DNA of 64,000 bases from Eledone cirrhosa (taxonomy: Eukaryota). Every line of letters begins with the position of its first letter. Position 1 is the first letter of the stretch. The DNA lies in NCBI GenBank assembly GCA_964016885.1, contig OZ024760.1, forward strand, positions 35,154,001 to 35,218,000, given 5' to 3'. Under the pieces are notes generated by a model that saw only the letters and a program-made list of their open reading frames with translations, ran no database searches and was not told where the DNA came from. A program made the position numbers and the translations under genes. Positions 1 through 11,600 of this stretch are shown here, one piece after another.

Positions 1-2606
1 GTGCCGTTACCTATGTTTGGAGAGTGCTATTACCTATATTAGGAGGATTCCGTTACTTATGTTGGGAGGGTGCCGTTAACTATGTTGGGAGAGAGCCATT
101 ACCTATGTTAGAAGGGTGCCATTACCCATATTAGGAGGGTGCCGTTATCTATGTTTGGAGGGTGCCGTTACCAATTTTAGGCAGGGTGCCATTACCTATG
201 TTGGAAGGGTGCCGTTACCTATGTTGGGAAAGTGCCGTTACCAATGTTAGGAGGGTGTCGTTACCTATGTTAGGAGGGTGCAATTACCTATGTTGGAAAG
301 GTGCCATTACCTATGTTAGGAGGGTGCCATTACCTATGTTAGGAGGGTGCCATTACCTATGTTGGGAGAGTGCCGTTACCTATGTTAGGAGGGTTCCGTT
401 ATCTATGTTGGGAGAGTGCCATTACTTATGTTAGGAGGGTGCCGTGACCTATGTTGGGAGGGTGCCATTACCTTTGATGGAAGGGTAACGTTACCTATGT
501 TACGAGAGTGCTGTTACTAATGTTGGGAGGGTGCCGTTACCTATGTTAGGAGAGTGCCCTTACCTATGTTGGGAGGGTGCCGTTACCTATGTTGGGAAAG
601 TGCCGTTACCTATGTTAGGAGGGTGCCGTTACCTATGTTAGGAGGGTGCCGTTACCTATGTTGGGAGACTGCCATTACCTATGTTAGGAGGGTGCCGTTA
701 CCTATGTTAGGAGGGTGCTTTTACCTATGTTGGAAGGGTGCCATTACCTGTGTTGGGAGATTGCCGTTACCTATGTTGAGAGGGTGCCGTTACCTATGTT
801 GAGAGAGTGCCATTACTTATGTTGGAAGAGTGCCATTACCTACGTTGGGAGGGTGCCGTTACCTATGTTGGAAGAGTGCCATTAACTATGTTAGGAGGGT
901 GTCGTTACCTATGTTGGGAGAGTGCCATTACTTATGTTAGGAGGGTGTCGTTACCTATGTTTGGAGGGTGCCATTACCTATGTTGGGAGAGTGTCGTTTC
1001 CTATGTTGGAAGGGTACCCTTACCTATGTTCGAAGGATGCCGTTACCTATGTTGGGAGCTTGCCGTTACCTATGTTGAGAGAGTGCCGTTACCTATGTTG
1101 GAAGGTTGCTGTTACCTATGTTGGGAGAGTGCCATTACCTATGTTAGAAGGGTGCCGTCACCTATGTTGGGAGAGTGCCATTACCTATGTTAGGAGGGTG
1201 CCGTTACCTATGTTGGGAGAGTGCCATTACCTATATTAAGAGGATTCCGTTACCTATGTTGGGAGGGTGGCGTTAACTATGTTGAGAGAGTGCCGTTACC
1301 TATGTTGGAAGGGTGCTGTTACCTATGTTGGGAGAGTGCCGTTACCTATGTTAGGAGGGTGCCGTTACATATGTTAGGAGGGTGCCGTTACCTATGTTGG
1401 GAGACAGCCATTACCTATGTTAGGAGGGTGCCGTTACCTATGTTGGGAGGGTGCCATTACCTATGTTGGGGGAGTACCGTTACCTATGTTAGGAGGGTGC
1501 CACTCCTATGTTGGAAGGGTGCCGTAACCTATGGTAGGAGAGTGCCGTTACCTGTTTTGTGAGGGTGCCGTTACATATGTTGGGAGAGTGCCATTACGTT
1601 TGTTGCGAGGGTGCCGTTACCTATGTTGGGAGAGTGCCGTTACCTATGTTGGGAGAGTGCCGTTACCTATTTTGGGAGGGTGCCGTTACCTATGTTAGGA
1701 GGGTGCCGTTACCTATGTTGGGAGGGTGCCATTACCTATGTTGCGAGGGTGGCGTTACCTATGTTGGGAGAGTACCATTACCTATGTTAGGAGGTGCCGT
1801 TACATATGTTTGGAGGGTGCCATTACCTATGTTGGGATAGTGCCGTTACCTATGTTGGGAGAGTGCCGTTACTTATGTTAGGAGGGTGCCGTTACCGATG
1901 TTAGTAGGGTGTCTTTACCTATGTTGGAAGGGTGCCGTTACCTATGTTAGAAGGGTGTCGTTTCCTATGTTGGGAGGGTGCTGTTACCTAAGTTTGGAGA
2001 GTACTATTACCTATGTTGGGAGGGTGCCGTTACCTATGATGGGAGAATGCCATTACCTATGTTGGGAGGGTGCCATTACCTATGTTGGGAGGGTGCCGTT
2101 ACCTATGTTGGGAGGGTGCCGTTACCTATGTTTGGATGGTTGCCATTACGCATGTTGGGAGGGTGCCGATACCTATGTTGGGAGAGTGCCAACACTTATG
2201 TTGGAAATGTGCGATTACCTATGTTAGGAGGGTGCCATTACCTATGTTGGGAGAGTGCTATTACCTATGTTGGGAGAATGCCAATACCTATGTTAGGAGG
2301 GTGCCGTTACCCATGTTAGGAGGGTCCCATTACCTATTCTGGGAGAGTGCCATTACCTATATTAGGAGGGTGCCATTACCTATGTTGGGAGAGTTGCTTT
2401 ACCTATGTTGGGAGTGTGCTGTTACCTAAGTTGGGAGAGTGCCATTACCTAAGTAGGGAGGGTGCCGTTACCTATGTTAGTAGAGTGCCGTTACCTACGT
2501 TAGGAGGGTGCTATTACCTATGTTGGGAGAGTGCCATTACTTATATTGGGAGGATGCCGTTAACTATGTTGGGAGATCGCTGTTACCTATGTTGGGAGGG
2601 TGCCGT
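1..2606 (+). repeat. 23-bp tandem satellite, left array (about 113 monomers, truncated by the window start)
   Basis: Head-to-tail units GTGCC[G/A]TTACCTATGTT[G/A]GGAG[G/A] from base 1, with scattered substitutions and a few short indels. Ends at ...GGGAGGGTGCCGT (2606). Confidence 0.98.
2600..2606 (+). repeat. 7-bp direct repeat GTGCCGT at the left junction (possible target-site duplication, left copy)
   Basis: GGGAGG-GTGCCGT|GTTTCGAAATC. The same 7-mer follows the block at 23309-23315. Ambiguous because the 7-mer is part of the 23-bp consensus. Confidence 0.4.
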
Positions 2607-5600
2607 GTTTCGAAATCTAGAAAAAACGTAAAAAATTAATGCTTTAACAAATCTTTCGAAATATCTACTTTCTGGTTTTAAATTTTGCAGATTAAATTTT
2701 TTTCGAAAAACCTAAAAAAATCAGTTTTCGAAATCAGAAGTTGAAAAACGTTTGATGTTGAAACGTTCGAAAAACGCAATTTGAAAAACGCATATTAATT
2801 TTTTTTCGAAAACCTTATATAATCAATTTCTTTATACTTTTAGAAATATTTATATCTGATTTTAAATATTGATTTTTTTCGGTTATTCGAAAAAAATCTT
2901 ATATAATCAATTTTTTTTAGGTTTTTCTAAAAAGAATGAATGTGTGTTCATAGTCGAAATATGCATTAATGTTTTTACGTTTTTCTGATTTTTTGCATGT
3001 TTCGAAATCTAAAAAAAACGTAAAAAATTAATGCTTTAACAAATCTTTAGAAATATCTACTTTCTGGTTTCAAATTTTGCAGATTAAATTTTTTTGAAAA
3101 ACCTAAAAAAATCAGTTTTCGAAATCAGAAGTTAATATTTCGAAAAACGCAACATGAAAAACGCATATTATTTTTTTTCGAAAACCTAATATAATCAATT
3201 TTTTTATAAATATCTATATCTGATTTCAAATATTGATTTTTTTAAGTTTTTAGAAAACCTTATATAATCAATTTTTTTAGGTTTTTCGAAAAAGAATGAA
3301 TGGGAGTTCATAGTCGAAATATATACTTCTGCATTAATCTTGTTACGTTTTTCTGATTTTTTGCATGTTTCGAAATCTAAAAAAAACGTAAAAAATTAAT
3401 GCTATTACAAATCTTTCGAAATATTTACTTTCTGGTTTCAAATTTGGCAGATTAAATTTCTATCGAAAAACCTAAAATAATCAGTTTTCGAAATCAGAAG
3501 TTAATATTTCGAAAAACGCAATTTTAAAATCGCATATTAATTTTTTTTCGAAAATCAATTTTTTTATACCTTTAGAAATATTTATATCTGATTTTATATA
3601 TTGATTTTTTTAGGTTTTTCGAAAAAAATCTTATGTAATCAATTTTTTTTAGTTTTTTCGAAAAAGAATGAATGTGAGTTCATAGTCGAAATATATACTT
3701 CTGCATTAATCTTTTTACGTTTTTCTGATTTTTTGCATGTTTCGAAATCTAGAAAAAACGTAAAAAATTAATGCTTTTACAAATATTTCGAAATATTTAC
3801 TTTCTGGTTTCAAATTTTGCAGATTAAATTTTTTTCGAAAAACCTAAAAAAATCAGTTTTCGAAAAACGCAATTTGAAAAACGCATATTAATTTTTTTTC
3901 GAAAACCTTATATAATCAATTTTTTTATAGTTTTAGAAATATTTATAACTGATTTTAAATATTGATTTTTTTAGATTTTTTTTTTTTATATAATCAATTT
4001 ATTTTAGGTTTTTAAAAAAAAAATGAATAGTCGAAATATATACTTTTTTTCTGATTTTTAGCATATAAATCTAAAAAAACATAAAAAAATCAGTTTTCGA
4101 AATTAGATGTTAATATTTCGAAAAACGCAATTTTAAAAACGCATATTGATTTTATTTCGAAAACCTTATATAATCAATTTTTTTATAAAAATTTATATCT
4201 GATTTCAAATATTGATTTTTTGAAGTTTTTCGAAAACCTTATATAATCAATTATAAACCTTATATAATCTTATTACGATTTTCTGATATTTTGCATGTAA
4301 ATCTGAAAAAACATAAAAAAATTAGTTTTCGAAATTAGATGTTAATATTTCGAAAAACGCAATTTTAAAAACGCATATTGATTTTATTTCGAAAACCTTA
4401 TATAATCAATTTTTTTATAAAAATTTATATCTGATTTCAAATATTGATTTTTTGAAGTTTTTCGAAAACCTTATATAATCAATTTTTTTTAGTTTTTTCG
4501 AAAAAGAATGAATGTGAGTTCATAGTCGAAATAAATATTTCTGCATTAATCATTTTACGTTTTTCTGATTTTTTGCATGTTTCGAAATCTAAAAAAAAAC
4601 GTAAAAAATTAATGCTTTAACGAATCTTTAGAAATATCTACTTTCTGGTTTCAAATTTTGCAGATTAAATTTTTTTGAAAAACCTGAAAAAATCAGTTTT
4701 CGCAATCAGAAGTTAATATTTCAAAAAACGCAACTTGAAAAACGCATATTATTTTTTTTCGAAAACCTAATATAATCAATTTTTTTATAAATATCTATAT
4801 CTGATTTCAAATATTGATTTTTTTAAGTTTTTAGAAAACCTTATATAATCAATTTTTTTTAGTTTTTTCTAAATAGAATGAATGTGAGTTCATAGTCGAA
4901 ATATATACTTCTGCATTAATCTTGTTACGTTTTTCTGATTTTTTGCATGTTTCGAAATCTAAAAAAAACGTAAAAGATTAAAGCTTTTACAAATCTTTGG
5001 AAATATTTACTTTTAAATTTTTTTCGAAAAACCTAAAAAATCAGTTTTCGAAATCAGAAGTTAATATTTCGAAAAACGCAATTTGAAAAACGCATATTAA
5101 TTTTTTTTCGAAAGTCTTATATAATCAATTTTTTTATACTTTTAGAAATATTTATATCTGATTTCAAAGATTGATTTTTTTAGGTTTTTCGAAAACCTTA
5201 TATAATCAATTTTTTTTAGGTTTTTCAAAAATGAATGAATAGTCGAAATATATACTTCTGTATCAATATTTTTACGTTTTTCTGATTTTTGTCATGTTTC
5301 GAAATTCAAAAAAAACGTAAAAAATTAATGCTTTAACAAATCTTTAGAAATATCTACTTTCTGGTTTCAAATTTTGCAGATTAAATTTTTTTGAAAAACC
5401 TAAAAAAATCAGTTTTCGAAATCAGAAGTTAATATTTCGAAAAAACGCAACTTGAAAAACGCATATTATTCTTTTTCGAAAACCTAATATAATCAATTTT
5501 TTTTAAATATCTATATCTGATTTAAAATATTGATTTTTTTAAGTTTTTATAAAACCTTATATAATCAATTTTTTTTAGTTTTTTCTTTCGAAATATTTAC

Positions 5601-8600
5601 TTTCTGGTTTCAAATTTGGCAGATTAAATTTCTATCGAAAAACCTAAAATAATCAGTTTTCGAAATCAGAAGTTAATATTTCGAAAAACGCAATTTTAAA
5701 ATCGCATATTAATTTTTTTTCGAAAATCAATTTATTTATACCTTTAGAAATATTTATATCTGATTTTATATATTGATTTTTTTAGGTTTTTCGAAAAAAA
5801 TCTTATAGAATCAATTTTTTTTAGTTTTTTCGAAAAAGAATGAATGTGAGTTCATAGTCGAAATATATACTTCTGCATTAATCTTTTTACGTTTTTCTGA
5901 TTTTTTGCATGTTTCGAAATCTAGAAAAAACGTAAAAAATTAATGCTTTTACAAATGTTTCGAAATATTTACTTTCTGGTTTCAAATTTTGCAGATTATA
6001 TTTTTTTCGAAAAACCTAAAAAAATCAGTTTTCGAAATCAGAAGTTACTATTTCGAAAAACGCAATTTGAAAAACACATTAATTTTTTTTCGAAAACCTT
6101 ATATAATCAATTTTTTTATAGTTTTAGAAATATTTATATCTGATTTCAAATATTGATTTTTTTAGATTTTTTTTTTTTATATAATCAATTTATTTTAGGT
6201 TTTTCAAAAAAAAATGAATTTGAGATCATAGTCGAAATATATACTTTTTTTCTGATTTTTAAAACATAAAAAAATCAGTTTTGGAAAACAGAAGTTAATA
6301 TTTCGAAAAACGCAATTTAAAAACGCATATTATTTTTTTTCGAAAACCTTATATAATCTTATTACGATTTTCTGATATTTTGCATGTAAATCTGAAAAAA
6401 CATAAAAAAATTAGTTTTCACAATTAGAAGTTAATATTTCAAAAAACGCAACTTGAAAAACGCATATTATTTTTTTTCGAAAACCTAATATAATCAATTT
6501 TTTTATAAATATCTATATCTGATTTCAAATATTGATTTTTTTAAGTTTTTAGAAAACCTTATATAATCAATTTTTTTTAGTTTTTTCTAAAAAGAATGAA
6601 TGTGAGTTCATAGTCGAAATATATACTTCTGCATTAATCTTGTTACGTTTTTCTGATTTTTTGCATGTTTCGAAATCTAAAAAAAACGTAAAAAATTAAT
6701 GCTATTACAAATCTTTCGAAATATTTACTTTCTGGTTTCAAATTTGGCAGATTAAATTTCTATCGAAAAACCTAAAATAATCAGTTTTCGAAATCAGAAG
6801 TTAATATTTCGAAAAACGCAATTTTAAAATCGCATATTAATTTTTTTTCGAAAATCAATTTTTTTATACCTTTAGAAATATTTATATCTGATTTTATATA
6901 TTGATTTTTTTAGGTTTTTCGAAAAAAATCTTATATAATCAATTTTTTTTAGTTTTTTCGAAAAAGAATGAATGTGAGTTCATAGTCGAAATATATACTT
7001 CTGCATTAATCTTTTTACGTTTTTCTGATTTTTTGCATGTTTCGAAATCTAAAAAAAACGTAAAAGATTAAAGCTTTTACAAATCTTTGGAAATATTTAC
7101 TTTTAAATTTTTTTCGAAAAACCTAAAAAATCAGTTTTCGCAATCAGAAGTTAATATTTCAAAAAACGCAACTTGAAAAACGCATATTATTTTTTTTCGA
7201 AAACCTAATATAATCAATTTTTTTATAAATATCTATATCTGATTTCAAATATTGATTTTTTTAAGTTTTTAGAAAACCTTATATAATCAATTTTTTTTAG
7301 TTTTTTCTAAATAGAATGAATGTGAGTTCATAGTCGAAATATATACTTCTGCATTAATCTTGTTACGTTTTTCTGATTTTTTGCATGTTTCGAAATCTAA
7401 AAAAAACGTAAAAGATTAAAGCTTTTACAAATCTTTGGAAATATTTACTTTTAAATTTTTTTCGAAAAACCTAAAAAATCAGTTTTCGAAATCAGAAGTT
7501 AATATTTCGAAAAACGCAATTTGAAAAACGCATATTAATTTTTTTTCGAAAGTCTTATATAATCAATTTTTTTATACTTTTAGAAATATTTATATCTGAT
7601 TTCAAAGATTGATTTTTTTAGGTTTTTCGAAAACCTTATATAATCAATTTTTTTTAGGTTTTTCAAAAATGAATGAATAGTCGAAATATATACTTCTGTA
7701 TCAATATTTTTACGTTTTTCTGATTTTTGTCATGTTTCGAAATTCAAAAAAAACGTAAAAAATTAATGCTTTAACAAATCTTTAGAAATATCTACTTTCT
7801 GGTTTCAAATTTTGCAGATTAAATTTTTTTGAAAAACCTAAAAAAATCAGTTTTCGAAATCAGAAGTTAATATTTCGAAAAAACGCAACTTGAAAAACGC
7901 ATATTATTCTTTTTCGAAAACCTAATATAATCAATTTTTTTTAAATATCTATATCTGATTTAAAATATTGATTTTTTTAAGTTTTTATAAAACCTTATAT
8001 AATCAATTTTTTTTAGTTTTTTCTTTCGAAATATTTACTTTCTGGTTTCAAATTTGGCAGATTAAATTTCTATCGAAAAACCTAAAATAATCAGTTTTCG
8101 AAATCAGAAGTTAATATTTCGAAAAACGCAATTTTAAAATCGCATATTAATTTTTTTTCGAAAATCAATTTATTTATACCTTTAGAAATATTTATATCTG
8201 ATTTTATATATTGATTTTTTTAGGTTTTTCGAAAAAAATCTTATAGAATCAATTTTTTTTAGTTTTTTCGAAAAAGAATGAATGTGAGTTCATAGTCGAA
8301 ATATATACTTCTGCATTAATCTTTTTACGTTTTTCTGATTTTTTGCATGTTTCGAAATCTAGAAAAAACGTAAAAAATTAATGCTTTTACAAATGTTTCG
8401 AAATATTTACTTTCTGGTTTCAAATTTTGCAGATTATATTTTTTTCGAAAAACCTAAAAAAATCAGTTTTCGAAATCAGAAGTTACTATTTCGAAAAACG
8501 CAATTTGAAAAACACATTAATTTTTTTTCGAAAACCTTATATAATCAATTTTTTTATAGTTTTAGAAATATTTATATCTGATTTCAAATATTGATTTTTT

Positions 8601-11600
8601 TAGATTTTTTTTTTTTATATAATCAATTTATTTTAGGTTTTTCAAAAAAAAATGAATTTGAGATCATAGTCGAAATATATACTTTTTTTCTGATTTTTAA
8701 AACATAAAAAAATCAGTTTTGGAAAACAGAAGTTAATATTTCGAAAAACGCAATTTAAAAACGCATATTATTTTTTTTCGAAAACCTTATATAATCTTAT
8801 TACGATTTTCTGATATTTTGCATGTAAATCTGAAAAAACATAAAAAAATTAGTTTTCGAAATTAGATGTTAATATTTCGAAAAACGCAATTTTAAAAACG
8901 CATATTGATTTTATTTCGAAAACCTTATATAATCAATTTTTTTATAAAAATTTATATCTGATTTCAAATATTGATTTTTTGAAGTTTTTCGAAAACCTTA
9001 TATAATCAATTTTTTTTAGTTTTTTCGAAAAAGAATGAATGTGAGTTCATAGTCGAAATAAATATTTCTGCATTAATCATTTTACGTTTTTCTGATTTTT
9101 TGCATGTTTCGAAATCTAAAAAAAAACGTAAAAAATTAATGCTTTAACGAATCTTTAGAAATATCTACTTTCTGGTTTCAAATTTTGCAGATTAAATTTT
9201 TTTGAAAAACTTGAAAAAATCAGTTTTCGAAATCAGAAGTTAATATTTCAAAAAACGCAACTTGAAAAACGCATATTATTTTTTTTCGAAAACCTAATAT
9301 AATCAATTTTTTTATAAATATCTATATCTGATTTCAAATATTGATTTTTTTAAGTTTTTAGAATATTTACTTTCTGGTTTCAATCAATTTTTTTTAGTTT
9401 TTTCTAAAAAGAATGAATGTGAGTTCATAGTCGAAATATATACTTCTGCATTAATCTTGTTACGTTTTTCTGATTTTTTGCATGTTTCGAAATCTAAAAA
9501 AAACGTAAAAGATTAAAGCTTTTACAAATCTTTGGAAATATTTACTTTTAAATTTTTTTCGAAAAACCTAAAAAATCAGTTTTCGAAATCAGAAGTTAAT
9601 ATTTCGAAAAACGCAATTTGAAAAACGCATATTAATTTTTTTTCGAAAACCTTATATAATCAATTTTTTTTAGGTTTTTCAAAAATGAATGAATAGTCGA
9701 AATATATACTTCTGTATCAATATTTTTACGTTTTTCTGATTTTTGTCATGTTTCGAAATTCAAAAAAAACGTAAAAAATTAATGCTTTAACAAATCTTTA
9801 GAAATATCTACTTTCTGGTTTCAAATTTTGCAGATTAAATTTTTTTGAAAAACCTAAAAAAATCAGTTTTCGAAATCAGAAGTTAATATTTCGAAAAAAC
9901 GCAACTTGAAAAACGCATATTATTCTTTTTCGAAAACCTAATATAATCAATTTTTTTTAAATATCTATATCTGATTTAAAATATTGATTTTTTTAAGTTT
10001 TTATAAAACCTTATATAATCAATTTTTTTTAGTTTTTTCTTTCGAAATATTTACTTTCTGGTTTCAAATTTGGCAGATTAAATTTCTATCGAAAAACCTA
10101 AAATAATCAGTTTTCGAAATCAGAAGTTAATATTTCGAAAAACGCAATTTTAAAATCGCATATTAATTTTTTTTCGAAAATCAATTTATTTATACCTTTA
10201 GAAATATTTATATCTGATTTTATATATTGATTTTTTTAGGTTTTTCGAAAAAAATCTTATAGAATCAATTTTTTTTAGTTTTTTCGAAAAAGAATGAATG
10301 TGAGTTCATAGTCGAAATATATACTTCTGCATTAATCTTTTTACGTTTTTCTGATTTTTTGCATGTTTCGAAATCTAGAAAAAACGTAAAAAATTAATGC
10401 TTTTACAAATGTTTCGAAATATTTACTTTCTGGTTTCAAATTTTGCAGATTATATTTTTTTCGAAAAACCTAAAAAAATCAGTTTTCGAAATCAGAAGTT
10501 ACTATTTCGAAAAACGCAATTTGAAAAACACATTAATTTTTTTTCGAAAACCTTATATAATCAATTTTTTTATAGTTTTAGAAATATTTATATCTGATTT
10601 CAAATATTGATTTTTTTAGATTTTTTTTTTTTATATAATCAATTTATTTTAGGTTTTTCAAAAAAAAATGAATTTGAGATCATAGTCGAAATATATACTT
10701 TTTTTCTGATTTTTCTGAAACATAAAAAAATCAGTTTTGGAAAACAGAAGTTAATATTTCGAAAAACGCAATTTAAAAACGCATATTATTTTTTTTCGAA
10801 AACCTTATATAATCTTATTACGATTTTCTGATATTTTGCATGTAAATCTGAAAAAACATAAAAAAATTAGTTTTCGAAATTAGATGTTAATATTTCGAAA
10901 AACGCAATTTTAAAAACGCATATTGATTTTATTTCGAAAACCTTATATAATCAATTTTTTTATAAAAATTTATATCTGATTTCAAATATTGATTTTTTGA
11001 AGTTTTTCGAAAACCTTATATAATCAATTTTTTTTAATAAATATTTCTGCATTAATCATTTTACGTTTTTCTGATTTTTTGCATGTTTCGAAATCTAAAA
11101 AAAAACGTAAAAAATTAATGCTTTAACGAATCTACTTTCTGGTTTCAAATTTTGCAGATTAAATTTTTTTGAAAAACCTGAAAAAATCAGTTTTCGCAAT
11201 CAGAAGTTAATATTTCAAAAAACGCAACTTGAAAAACGCATATTATTTTTTTTCGAAAACCTAATATAATCAATTTTTTTATAAATATCTATATCTGATT
11301 TCAAATATTGATTTTTTTAAGTTTTTAGAAAACCTTATATAATCAATTTTTTTTAGTTTTTTCTAAAAAGAATGAATGTGAGTTCATAGTCGAAATATAT
11401 ACTTCTGCATTAATCTTGTTACGTTTTTCTGATTTTTTGCATGTTTCGAAATCTAAAAAAAACGTAAAAAATTAATGCTATTACAAATCTTTCGAAATAT
11501 TTACTTTCTGGTTTCAAATTTGGCAGATTAAATTTCTATCGAAAAACCTAAAATAATCAGTTTTCGAAATCAGAAGTTAATATTTCGAAAAACGCAATTT

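Noticed and set aside
2743-2765. The patchwork insertion is 23 nt long and contains ATGTTG, like the host 23-mer
   Set aside because: Only a 6-nt match. The rest is better explained by local AT-satellite templates, and the length match is probably chance.
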